Source: Neoechinorhynchus agilis (lineage: Eukaryota > Animalia > Acanthocephala). From it: a stretch of 64,000 nucleotides of DNA. Positions 38,005-50,321 of this stretch are shown here, in pieces (position 1 is the stretch's first letter; every line of letters begins with the position of its first letter). The stretch is taken from contig CM121341.1 of assembly GCA_051530055.1 (NCBI GenBank), positions 7,728,784 through 7,792,783 of the forward strand. Reading direction: 5' to 3'. A model generated the notes under the pieces. The model did not search any database. It saw only the letters and a list, made by a program, of their open reading frames with translations, and had not been told where the DNA came from. Made by a program: the position numbers and the translations under genes.

Positions 38005-38385
38005 TCAAAGTTGTCGAGGTCTTAATTGATAGCTCGCGATTAGCATCATAACGATGCTATCAATCAAAGTAGCAACGTTATCGGTTCCGATATTGTCAAA
38101 CTGTTGTCTTATTTCCCACAGCAGTCTAGCTCTAGTTTCCCCGGTCGTCAACGGACTGAAAGTGTCAATCGAAGTAATAGGAGAACTATCGCCCGCTGAA
38201 CGCCAAGCTGCCCAGCTCAGAAATATGCGTGAATACTCACTATCATCATCGTCAAGCGAATTGTCTTCTTGGTTGTCTTGTTCACTTGTAATGCTTTCAT
38301 CACTATGCTGGCGTCGGCGACGATCTTCATCACGATTATCCTGTTCCATAACTCTCTCTCTCTCGATCTCACTTGAACGAAACAA
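38005..38385 (-). CDS. Possible exon of an unrecognised gene (acidic low-complexity N-terminal part)
   Basis: 126-aa ORF with protein-like composition; no family recognised. Confidence 0.3.
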   Translation of the reverse strand: MFRSSEIERERVMEQDNRDEDRRRRQHSDESITSEQDNQEDNSLDDDDSEYSRIFLSWAAWRSAGDSSPITSIDTFSPLTTGETRARLLWEIRQQFDNIGTDNVATLIDSIVMMLIASYQLRPRQL

Positions 38386-38649
38386 GGACGGATTTCCTTA
38401 GATAAAATAGTTACCATGACCACCTAACCGCAATGGCGGATTGAACGGATTTGACTAAAATAAATTTCCAAAAAAAAGATAAGGATTTTCTGGTTAAACC
38501 TTCGTTCTAAATGACCATCACCAAGACCAGCCCTCAATAAAACAAGAACAAAATCACATATTTAAAGATATTTTGTTTGGCGATTGAGAAAATCGGAAAT
38601 TTATTAGATCCCTTTCAAAAGATGTTTCGTCCGTTGTTTCGCAGGGTTT

Positions 38650-41395
38650 TTTTCTGCGAATCAGCGAGGACCAACGAGGATTCACGTCAGCACAATCGAC
38701 GCAATATTCGTCCTCAGGCAACTGTATGAAAGGTTCAGTGAGATGCAGTGCCCGTTGCACAGTGTTTGTTCGTCGATTTGAAAGGGGCGTACGACACGGT
38801 ACCTCGAGATTTGGTGTGGGCATTCCTCAGGAAGGACATTTTGGATAGGTGGAAGGAATATTTCAACACTCTGCTGAACACTGAGAATGACAGACTGCCT
38901 CTAGAGGACGTACACCCGAATGTCAATGTGACGAGACCGTACTCGGACGATGAGGGCTGCAGAGCACAGGAAAATGAAGACTGGTATAGCCGGGGTCCAG
39001 AAGACATTCCGATCGAGTTGTGGCAATCCTTGGGAGTCTTCGGAATAAAGTTGCTCACGAGGCTCTTTCAGAAGATAGATATGGAGGAAAAGATCCCGTC
39101 GGAATGACAGGGAAGCATATTGATACCGATCTTCAAAAGAAAAGGAGATGTTCTGTAGAGTAGGAGCTACTGCACCATTAAACTCATGTCTCACACAATG
39201 AAACTGTGGAAACGAATGATCGATCACAGGATTGGAGAGGAGATCAGAATCAGCGAGGACCAACGAGGATTCACGTCAGCACAATCGACGCAATATTCGT
39301 CCTCAGGCAACTGTATGAAAGGTTCAGTGAGATGCAGTGCCCGTTGCACAGTGTTTGTTCGTCGATTTGGAAGGGGCGTACGACACGGTACCTCGAGATT
39401 TGGTGTGGGCATTCCTCAGGAAGGACATTTTGGATAGGTGGAAGGAATATTTCAACACTCTGCTGAACACTGAGAATGACAGACTGCCTCTAGAGGACGT
39501 ACACCCGAATGTCAATGTGACGAGACCGTACTCGGACGATGAGGTGGCTGCAGAGCACAGGAAAATGAAGACTGGTAGGAGCCGGGGTCCAGAAGACATT
39601 CCGATCGAGTTGTGGCAATCCTTGGGAGTCTTCGGAATAAAGTTGCTCACGAGGCTCTTTCAGAAGATAGATATGGAGGAAAAGATCCCGTCGGAATGAC
39701 AGGGAAGCATATTGATACCGATCTTCAAAAGCAAAGGAGATGTTCTGTAGAGTAGGAGCTACTGCACCATTAAACTCATGTCTCACACAATGAAACTGGG
39801 AACGAATGATCGATCACAGGATTGGAGAGGAGATCAGAATCAGCGAGGACCAACGAGGATTCACGTCAGCACAATCGACGCAATATTCGTCCTCAGGCAA
39901 CTGTATGAAAGGTTCAGTGAGATGCAGTGCCCGTTGCACAGTGTTTGTTCGTCGATTTGGAAGGGGCGTACGACACGGTACCTCGAGATTTGGTGTGGGC
40001 ATTCCTCAGGAAGGACATTTTGGATAGGTGGAAGGAATATTTCAACACTCTGCTGAACACTGAGAATGACAGACTGCCTCTAGAGGACGTACACCCGAAT
40101 GTCAATGTGACGAAACCGTACTCGGACGATGAGGTGGCTGCAGAGCACAGGAAAATGAAGACTGGTAGGAGCCGGGGTCCAGATAACATTCCGATCGAGT
40201 TGTGGCAATCCTTACGAGTCTTCGGAATAAAGTTGCTCACGAGGCTCTTTCAGAAGATAGATATGGAGGAAAAGATCCCGTCGGAATGACAGGGACATAT
40301 TGATGATCTTCAAAAGCAAAGGAGATGTTCTGTAGAGTAGGAGCTACTGCACCATTAAACTCATGTCTCAAACAATGAAACTGTTGGAACGAATGATCGA
40401 TCACAGGATTGGAGAGGAGATCAGAATCAGCGAGGACCAACGAGGATTCACGTCAGCACAATCGACGCAATATTCGTCCTCAGGCAACTGTATGAAAGGT
40501 TCAGTGAGATGCAGTGCCCGTTGCACAGTGTTTGTTCGTCGATTTGGAAGGGGCGTACGACACGGTACCTCGAGATTTGGTGTGGGCATTCCTCAGGAAG
40601 GACATTTTGGATAGGTGGAAGGAATATTTCAACACTCTGCTGAACACTGAGAATGACAGACTGCCTCTAGAGGACGTACACCCGAATGTCAATGTGACGA
40701 GACCGTACTCGGACGATGAGGTGGCTGCAGAGCACAGGAAAATGAAGACTGGTAGGAGCCGGGGTCCAGATAACATTCCGATCGAGTTGTGGCAATCCTT
40801 ACGAGTCTTCGGAATAAAGTTGCTCACGAGGCTCTTTCAGAAGATAGATATGGAGGAAAAGATCCCGTCGGAATGACAGGGAAGCATATTGATACCGATC
40901 TTCAAAAGCAAAGGAGATGTTCTGTAGAGTAGGAGCTACTGCACCATTAAACTCATGTCTCAAACAATGAAACTGTTGGAACGAATGATCGATCACAGGA
41001 TTGGAGAGGAGATCAGAATCAGCGAGGACCAACGAGGATTCACGTCAGCACAATCGACGCAATATTCGTCCTCAGGCAACTGTATGAAAGGTTCAGTGAG
41101 ATGCAGTGCCCGTTGCACAGTGTTTGTTCGTCGATTTGGAAGGGGCGTACGACACGGTACCTCGAGATTTGGTGTGGGCATTCCTCAGGAAGGACATTTT
41201 GGATAGGTGGAAGGAATATTTCAACACTCTGCTGAACACTGAGAATGACAGACTGCCTCTAGAGGACGTACACCCGAATGTCAATGTGACGAGACCGTAC
41301 TCGGACGATGAGGTGGCTGCAGAGCACAGGAAAATGAAGACTGGTAGGAGCCGGGGTCCAGAAGACATTCCGATCGAGTTGTGGCAATCCTTACG
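38650..41395 (+). mobile_element. Tandem array (~4.7 x ~590 bp) of an RTE LINE linker/RT fragment
   Basis: Repeated ORF starts at 38748, 39337, 39927, 40514, 41106; unit encodes WKEYF...GPEDIPIELW...IDAIFVLRQL...FVDLEGAYDTVPRDLVW. Confidence 0.93.
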
Positions 41396-41599
41396 ATACT
41401 TGCCACAGCGGGAAATAATTCCTATTACTTTTTTTAGAAATATATTTGAATCCCCGCTTCTGCTTCAAAAAATACATTTAACTTTTATGTTGTTTTAGTT
41501 AATTTGCCTAAAACCTAAAGCAGTTTTATTTGTTGAATGAAGCTGAATTGTGATTGGTCATTTTGCCGCCAGTGCATTTCGTTCTAGAGAGTCCTAATC

Positions 41600-42300
41600 T
41601 TGTCTTTATGCTCACAGCTAGGGACCTGGACACGCTCAAGAATTTGCTGTAGAATTGGCGACAGCGATTGGAGAGCAACGGATTGAGAGTGAGCAGGCGC
41701 ACAACGAAATAAATGGGGCCGGGTAACCTCGATATGCAAGGAACTCACATCAAAAAGATGAACACCTTCAAATATTTGGGCAGCATATTGAACATGCAAT
41801 GTGAGCTCGAACCAGAGATCGGACAAAGAGTTCAATGCAGGTGGAACAACTGGAGGAAGACAACAGGCATCCCTTGCGATAAGCTTCTCCCGAAACGGCG
41901 GGTGTACAAGGCAGTAGTGCGACCCGCCATGCTCCAGGGAGCGGAGAAGTGGGCTACGAAGAAGGAAGACGTTCAACGATTAGCCGTCAACGAAATGCGG
42001 ATGCCTAGATGGTCCGCAGGATTGACACGCAAGGATCGAGTGCTCAATGAGGAGGTGCGATAGCTGTTTGCTGCCGAGCCGATGGAGGAGGCAATCGCTT
42101 AGAAGCGGATGCGATGGTACCTGCAGGCGACACAAGCAGATGAAGACGCAGCTCGAGGAGAAAAGGAGAAGAGGGAGGCCCAAGAAGAGGGGGGAGGACG
42201 GTGTGAGCGGAGATTTCAATACGCTGGGAAGGGAGAAGGACAAAGACGAAAACCGACAATGCTGAAAAGAACGACCTCTCAAGTGAGAGAAAAGTTGGTT
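41600..42300 (+). mobile_element. RTE LINE C-terminal region, decayed
   Basis: FKYLGSIL, RVQCRWNNWRKTTGIPCDK, RVYKAVVRPAML, EMRMPRWSAGLTRKDRV, RGRPKKR. Confidence 0.88.
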
Positions 42301-42849
42301 CCAGAAAAGGTTCAAAGTGTTCACTTTGGCAACAAAGAACTCAAATTCGGAAGAAACACGTAAGGGAAAACCTCTGATTTGTTGTGGCATTTTGGGTATC
42401 TATTAAAAATTACAACTTTTTATTTTTGCGAATTCAGCAAAAGCACAACAGGGAAAGCTTTAATCATTTTTTCTGCGATGATTTAGAAAAAGGCATTCGA
42501 CACGTGGATTTTTAACTTTCTGCGTCATCAGAGCCAAAATACAAGTTTCTTCCGTGGTTGATTGCCGAAATTCGAGAGGACGTTCCGTGCTTTGGGAATT
42601 TTTGGCTACTTTCGAATGGATTTGCCTTTATTGATCAGAGTTTACTTTTTAGTGTTATTTAAAGGCTGTTTTCTAGTGGTTTAATGCCATGATATTAGAA
42701 CTGCAATTTCGCCTTCAGAAATTATTAATCTATGACCATCCTTTTTTGATCCCTGGAAACACTTTTAACTGAATAAGCAAGGAATCGTTCTAAAAATTCA
42801 ACATGATCGTTATTAGAAGAAAAGTCACATCGAAAATCACTCAAAGTTG

Positions 42850-45340
42850 TGAAATATCGGGGAAATAAATCAGTGGATTCAAATCCGAACGGAGGTTGCA
42901 AAACTAAGTCTCTTTCCCCCCGAAGATAATTTTTAAGAAATTTGGGAATTATTCGCGAGGTGAAATATCGGGGAAATAAATCAGTGGATTCAAATCCGAA
43001 TGGAAGTTGCAAAACTAAGTCTCTTTCCCCCTCCGAAGATAATTTCAAGAAATTTGGGAATTATTCGAGAGGTTAAACATCGGGGAAATAAATCAGTGGA
43101 TTCAAATCCGAATGGAAGTTGAAAAACTAAGTCTCTTTCCCCCTCCGAAGATAATTTTTCAAGAAATTTGGGAATTATTCGCGAGGTGAAATATCGGGGA
43201 AATAAATCAGTGGATTCAAATCCGAATGGGGATTGCAAAACTAAGAAAGTCTCTTTCCGCCCGAATATAATTTTTCAAGAAATTTGGGAATTATTCGCGA
43301 GGTGAAATATCGGGGAAATAAATCAGTGGATTCAAATCCGAATGGAGGTTGCAAAACTAAGTCTCTTTCCCCCCCGAAGATAATTTCAAGAAATTTGGGA
43401 ATTATTCGCGAGGTGAAATATCGGGGAAATAAATCAGTGGATTCAAATCCGAATGGAAGTTGCAAAACTAAGTCTCTTTCCCCCTCCGAAGATAATTTTT
43501 CAAGAAATTTGGGAATTATTCGCGAGGTGAAATATCGGGGAAATAAATCAGTGGATTCAAATCCGAATGGAAGTTGAAAAACTAAGTCTCTTTCCCCCCC
43601 GAAGATAATTTTTCAAGAAATTTGGGAATTATTCGCGAGGTGAAATATCGGGGAAATAAATCAGTGGATTCAAATCCGAATGGAAGTTGCAAAACTAAGA
43701 AAGTCTCTTTCCGCCCGAATACAATTTTTCAAGAAATTTGGGAATTATTCGAGAGGTGAAATATCGGGGAAATAAATCAGTGGATTCAAATCCGAACGGA
43801 GGTTGCAAAACTAAGTCTCTTTCCCCCTCCGAAGATAATTTTTCAAGAACTTTGGGAATTATTCGCGAGGTGAAATATCGGGGAAATAAATCAGTGGATT
43901 CAAATCCGAATGAGGATTGCAAAACTAAGTCTCTTCCCCCCGAAGATAATTTTTTAAGAAATTTGGGAATTATTCGCGAGGTGAAATATCGGGGAAATAA
44001 ATCAGTGGATTCAAATCCGAATGGAAGTTGAAAAACTAAGTCTCTTTCCTCCTCCGAAGATAATTTTTCAAGAAATTTGGGAATTATTCGCGAGGTGAAA
44101 TATCGGGGAAATAAATCAGTGGATTCAAATCCGAATGGAAGTTGCAAAACTAAGTCTCTTTCCCCCGAATAAATTTTTCAAGAAATTTGGGAATTATTCG
44201 CGAGGTGAAATATCGGGAAATAAATCAGTGGATTCAAATCCGAATGGAAGTTGAAAAACTAAGTCTCTTTCCCCCTCCGAAGATAATTTTTCAAGAAATT
44301 TGGGAATTATTCGCGAGGTGAAATATCGGGGAAATAAATCAGTGGATTCAAATCCGAACGGAGGTTGCAAAACTAAGAAAGTCTCTTTCCACCCGAATAT
44401 AATTTTTCAAGAAATTTGGGAATTATTCGCGAGGTGAAATATCGGGGAAATAAATCAGTGGATTCAAATCCGAATGGGGATTGCAAAACTAAGGTCTCTT
44501 TCCCCGAAAAATTTTTCAAGAATTTGGGGAAATATCGGGGAAATAAATCAGTGATTCAAATCCGAATGGGTTGCAAAACTAAGTCTCTTCCCCCCCGAAG
44601 ATAATTTTTTAAGAAATTTGGGAATTATTCGGAGGTGAAATATCGGGGAAATAAATCAGTGGATTCAAATCCGAATGAGGTTGCAAAACTAAGAAAGTCT
44701 CTTTCCCCCGAATAAATTTTTCAAGAAATTTGGGAATTATTCGCGAGGTGAAATATCGGGGAAATAAATCAGTGGATTCAAATCCGAATGGGGATTGCAA
44801 AACTAAGTCTCTTCCCCCCGAAGATAATTTTTTAAGAAATTTGGGAATTATTCGCGAGGTGAAATATCGGGGAAATAAATCAATGGATTCAAATCCGAAT
44901 GAGGATTGCAAAACTAAGAAAGTCTCTTTCCGCCCGAATACAATTTTTCAAGAACTTTGGGGAAATATCGGGGAAATAAATCAGTAGATTCAAATCCGAA
45001 TGGGGATTGCAAAACTAAGTCTCTTTCCCCCCCGAAGATAATTTTTTAAGAAATTTGGGAATTATTCGCGAGGTCAAATATCGGGGAAATAAATCAATGG
45101 ATTCAAATCCGAATGAGGATTGCAAAACTAAGAAAGTCTCTTTCCGCCCGAATACAATTTTTCAAGAACTTTGGGGAAATATCGGGGAAATAAATCAGTG
45201 GATTCAAATCCGAATGGGGATTGCAAAACTAAGTCTCTTCCCCCCCCGAAGATAATTTTTTAAGAAATTTGGGAATTATTCGAGAGGTGAAATATCGGGG
45301 AAATAAATCAGTGGATTCAAATCCGAACGGAGGTTGCAAA
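42850..45340 (+). repeat. Sat-A ~113-bp satellite, ~22 copies
   Basis: gtgaaatatcggggaaataaatcagtggattcaaatccgaat at ~42849, 42960, 43187, 43300 and onward. Confidence 0.96.
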
Positions 45341-45359
45341 AAGTTTATTAAAAACATGG

Positions 45360-45580
45360 AAACGTTTTCATTTTCTAAACGGTATTTAGTTTTTATTCGT
45401 GTGATTTGAACCCATTTTCAAAATTGTATTTCAATTTATTCGTTAGATTTCAACCCATTTTCTAAACGTTATTTAGTTTTTTATTCGTTAGATTTGAACC
45501 CATTTTCTTTAAGATATTTCCTTTTATTCGTAGATTTAAACCCATTTTCTAAATTGCATTTCCTTTTATTCGTTAGATTT
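45360..45580. repeat. Short degenerate AT-rich tandem repeat
   Basis: ttattcgttagattt(g/c)aacccattttc recurs about four times. Confidence 0.7.
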
Positions 45581-47880
45581 GAACTCTCCTACGTTCAATC
45601 TTCCCAGCCCTTCTACATTAAACACTTTTCCCGGCCCTAAACTCATTTCTATCATTACCAATCACTCATCCCAACTCAAATCTTCGATTCGCCCTTGGAC
45701 TTTCTACCCCAATCTCCTATACTTCTACCCGCGGTTTTCCGAAATCAAAAATTGCCTTTCCAATACTCGTAGCTTCCTTCCCTAATTCATCTACCTCAAA
45801 AGGCGACGTAGTCATCTTAACAGAACTGCGATTCAACCATCCTTCCCGAATACTCTTCCTGACGGTCACAGGATCCTTACAAAACCCCGATCTAGAATTT
45901 ATCGCAGTTCATAGCTTATCAGAGAAATTTCGCCCTCCGCCCTCCGGCCTCTCGTCCTGAGTCCTCTTTGCTCCAAATCGATTCTATAACGGAGCTCATA
46001 AACTCCACAAATTCACACCATTTCTTAATTGTAGGCGACATTTAAGTCTTCTCCGAGTCTCGTCAACTTATTGACTTCCCAACTCGTCTTGACGGTCACC
46101 TCGACAAAGTGTTCACAAATATCGACGCCTACTCATCCGCCTCTAAACTCCCTCCCACCGTGAACTCTGACCATTCCTCTGCCCTTATCACTCCCTTCAC
46201 CCCACCTCAGCGTATGAAATCTACCCGCTTTCCCGTCTGGCATAGAGGTGATCATCACATCAAAAATTTTAAAAAATTGTTCTACTCTAATTTCCGCATA
46301 TTCTACTCAAGCAACACAAATGACCCTTCCTTTGCAATGTCTTCTCTAACCTCAATCGTAGAAAATTCCCTTGCTTCGGCAATTCCCAAGAAATTCATTT
46401 GAATCCCAAACCGCGACCCTCCATTCGAGAACCCCCATCTTGAAACTTCTTACAAAGCAAGCTTCTAAGGCCCACCGAAATAACTCTCCAGACTTTCCCC
46501 GTTTACAAATAGCTCTAACTTACAAAATACTTAGCTCTTCGCTACATCGTCCCCAAACTCAAAGACCATCTTTCCCACAATATCAACCTAAGCTTTTTAT
46601 ATGAGATCTATCCCTCATGCCGGAAAACTGCTAAAGTTATCCTTCTTCCAAAAAAAGGACATCCGATTTCCACCTAATCATTTCGTCCAATATACATTCT
46701 ACTCGCCACTTTTAAAAATCATCGAAAAATGTTTTAAATCTCGCCTTCGTCCACCTCTCAACGACATGTTATCGCCTCCACAATTCGGATTCCGAGTAAA
46801 ATTTCTGCAGCCGATGCCCTACTTTGAATTTATGACACGCTCCTACGCAATCTCGACAATAATCCCTCCCGCGTCACCCGTCATCTTATCTTCACAATCG
46901 CAAACAACACATTCACTGCCGTTCTATCTCCTCTATCAGCCTATTCCTAACCAAAGGAGTACATCAAGGTGCCGTCCTATCACCACTTCTTTTAGTATTT
47001 TCCTAAACAACCTCAAACCTCTCTCACTCTAAACTTTTCTTATACGCGGACAATATCACCTTCATCACTCATTTTTTAACCCGACCCCTCCCTCTCCTTA
47101 ACCTCTAACGAAATCACACACATAAAAGATTTCTGCACAAATCTCTTAATGCTTCGAAATGATCCTTCCTCGCCCGCAACCCTACATCATCCCCCGATCT
47201 TCCAAATGACATCCAACGAATCACCTCCCTCAGAATTCTGGATCTTCAATTTCAATCAAACTTGAAATTAGACTCGGGCATCGCTCCCTCAAGCTCAACA
47301 CCTTTAAAATGTGTCTCCTAAAACGAATCCGATATTTAAAAATCCCTTCACCTAATCTCTCCAAATTTTACTTCAGCTTTATCTTACCATCCCCCGTATT
47401 TTGCAACCTTTCCAAATCACAAATCGTCGTCTTGAAATGTATCATAAAAGAGCATCTAAGATTTGCAAAACTTAGTTTCCCCTTCTCACCGAATGCCTTG
47501 ATGCTATTTTCATAAAACAAACAAAACGCCTGTCAACCCTTGAACCACAATTCCTTCCAAATGTCACACCGTTTTCACACGAGCACGACACTCGTAATCC
47601 TAATTCGTTTTATCCTCCATCGACCTCGCATCTCCCTAAACTTACGCTCCTTTTTCCATGCTGCTCACTCTTCTCGGATATCAGAACTTGAAATGAACCT
47701 GAGGAAAGACCAACCTTCAAAACACTCCTGCAAACAATAACCATCAATTTCCTCCAGAACGGACCTTCCAACCCTACCGGGATTGTAATCCACTCCAAAA
47801 TCAATAGCCAGATTCACTTATCCTATCAGAACTCGAGTGTTTATGAGGACCCAAAGGTACACGGGTCCTCTTGTTCTTTG
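45580..47880 (+). mobile_element. Decayed APE-type LINE (CR1/L2-like): AP endonuclease + RT + 3' region
   Basis: TRLDGHLDKVFTN...NSDH (endonuclease end), SPPQFGFR, IFLNNLKPL, LYADNIT; many small deletions. Confidence 0.82.
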
Positions 47881-48052
47881 TGCAGCGAAAAAACGTGTTG
47901 TTATATACACGATAAACTCATTTTCACGATAGTTCTTTCTTTTTTAATCTTTAGGTTAAATCGACAAGCCCAAAAACTGTTACTCCCTTAATGTTACCTA
48001 AAAATTTCAGATTCCATTTATAAAATCTACCGAGATTGGTCTATTTATCAAG

Positions 48053-49023
48053 ATGAGCAGTGAGTATTGTATTTTGTATTATTTCAATCGTTTTATTCGT
48101 TAGGAAAGTTTGGACTCATGAAAGTGGACAAAAAGAAGAGACAAGGCGTAAGTTCGTTGAATGTTTTTGAGGACAACGATATCACGGGAACTGTGAAATC
48201 GGCGGAGAGCAATGCCCGTCTAAGCTTTCGGGATACAAAATATATTGAAGATGCTATCCGTGAAGATCCAACGATCTTTTGTTACGATGAGCACTAGAAC
48301 GCTGTTTCTTGTGCATGGGATGTCTTATTGACATGAGAAGCATTGTTGTTTTACGATTCTCGGCCACTTGTAGAAAACACTGAGAAATCTAGGGCTCCAA
48401 AGTACATTGAAGGGCTCCTTAAAGCTCATACTGAGCGAGAGATCGAAAGAGAAAGACGGTATGACCGAAAGATTCAACGTGAACTTGATGAGGAATGTGG
48501 CCAATTCGCTGACAAGGAGGTCTTTATCACCAATTCATATAGAAAAAGACTGCAAAAGTTGGAAGAGGAAGAAGAAAAGAGACGAAAGGAGGCGGAAATC
48601 GAAGAGCTTTTAGATGTAAAGAAGCAGGGAAATATGAATGGATTTTTCAGATTTATGTTGAACAACATTGACAGAAAAGGAAGGAACTATCGTAAAATGG
48701 AAGCTCAAGTGTCTGATGAAGAAGAGACGTCGCAAGATGAAAAAAAGGATGAAGGCCACGGAGAAGAAGTGTGCACTTCATTTGATCAGATCTCTCAGTC
48801 GGATACGCCCAAGAATGTTGTTGATTTACAGCCTGAATTGAAGACAGTTGAAAAGCCAAAGATCGACTTGGAAAAGTTAAGAATGCGGACCAGGGCGAGG
48901 GATCATGAGTTACGGGCTCTGTTGAGGAAGAAGACCGTTGACAAAATATTCGAGCAGGCCCGAGAGCGGTATATCGCTAGAGAATTGAAAAGGATATCAG
49001 TCCTCCAAAATGAAGAGAATTAA
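48053..49023 (+). CDS. NSRP1: Nuclear speckle splicing regulatory protein 1 (CCDC55); canonical intron 48060-48103 and non-canonical 57-nt intron ~48295-48353
   Basis: EDPTIFCYDE(H)YD, PKYIEGLLKA...RRYDRKIQRE...FADKEVFITNSYRKRL. Confidence 0.85.
48295..48353 (+). other. 57-nt TA-bounded hairpin insertion in NSRP1 with two in-frame stops
   Basis: TA direct repeats at 48295-48296 and 48352-48353; removal restores CYDEHYDS; aacgctgtttct pairs with agaagcattgtt. Confidence 0.75.
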
Positions 49024-49034
49024 ATTAGTTTTTA

Positions 49035-49545
49035 AATCCAATAGCGCACTCTCTCCATTCTAGCCTCAACGCTTAATACTTGGATGACACTACGCTCGGA
49101 GGAGATCCCTCCGTTGTTCTGCGGGATTTGGAGACGCTGATTAGGGAGACCTCGGAGATGGGCATGGAGCTCAATGCTGGAAAATGTGAGCTCCTTGTAT
49201 TGAATATTGGAGACCCCGCCAAAGTCAAGGAACTAATGGCTGGGTTCGGGGCCGTAGCTCCAGGTCTGAAACTCGTGACTCCAGAGCAACTCAGCCTCCT
49301 GAGCAGTTGCGTCTTCGATTACAATGTGGATGATGAGATCGGCCATATCATACCGAAACTTTCGTTGCTGTGCGATAGGGTTTGCGCTCTCTCGGCTCAT
49401 GAAGCCTTGTTTCTCATAAAGAACGCATTCTTTATCCCGAAATTGTTAGCACGGCAACATTTTTCAAACATAAGGAAGGATTGGCTAAGCTTGACGGCAA
49501 GGTGAGGGCTTGTCTCGAGCGTATTTTAAATGTCCAGCTCTCAGA
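49035..49545 (+). mobile_element. Internal CRE-clade RT fragment, near-identical to 23000-23530
   Basis: LDDTTLGGDPSVVLRDLETLIRETSEMGMELNAGKCE... Confidence 0.92.
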
Positions 49546-50321
49546 CGGTGGTGATTGCACGTTTGTGCTTTATTATTTAACAAAAATAAAAGTTTTCAAT
49601 GAAAAAAAAGGAAAAAGTTTTTTGAACCCTTGCTTTTTTTGCAACCACGTCCCATCAGTTCAATTTTTAACATCCAGTGAAATTTTAAGAAAGATTCAAC
49701 AATCTCATTAATTATAGATTCTTAGAAGCTTCTTTAAGCAATAAGTGCGTTCCTAGCGGGCTTCAATCTCATTCCTCCAGCTCGAAATACTCAAATAAAG
49801 CCTCTTAGAGGATTGATTACTCAAGGAATGTTAAGAGTATCGTCAACTTCGTTGAGAGAATACGGCTTTTATGATACAGCCATGTCACAAGAATGACCAA
49901 AACCGGAAGATTAAATCCATCGCGGCTCCTTCTGCTCGAAATACTCAAATGAAGGCTCAGAAAGGATGGCGACGCTTTAAAAAACTGATAGAGTTATTTC
50001 CCTTAAACTCAATGGGGCAACTTTAATGGTCGGTACTTAATTCTTCGCATTTTGTAAAATTTGTAGCATTGAATGTTTTCTTAACGTTGAATAAACAAAC
50101 GCGGATAATGAAGAAGCGATACGATTCCACTTGGTTGCGTATTCGAAATAGGTGAAAAATTAAAGGAATTAAATCAAAGAAATATTGAACGATCCTTCGA
50201 TGATCGCGACCAAATTATCTTTCAAATGCGGCAGATTGATAAGCTTAAAATCTATCCAATCAGAATTCAAGAAAAAAATTTGCATCACTATGGCAACTTT
50301 TAATCCTTAAACGTTTCACTT

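Noticed and set aside
42850-45340. CRISPR-like appearance of the regular arrays (also 7620-10190, 29636-31335, 57270-59400)
   Set aside because: Whole units repeat with no unique spacers, there are no cas genes, and the context is eukaryotic.
48295-48336. Stop-codon readthrough or an alternative genetic code explaining the NSRP1 in-frame TAG and TGA
   Set aside because: Other genes terminate normally on TAA, TAG and TGA, and homology indicates a 19-codon insertion rather than substituted residues.
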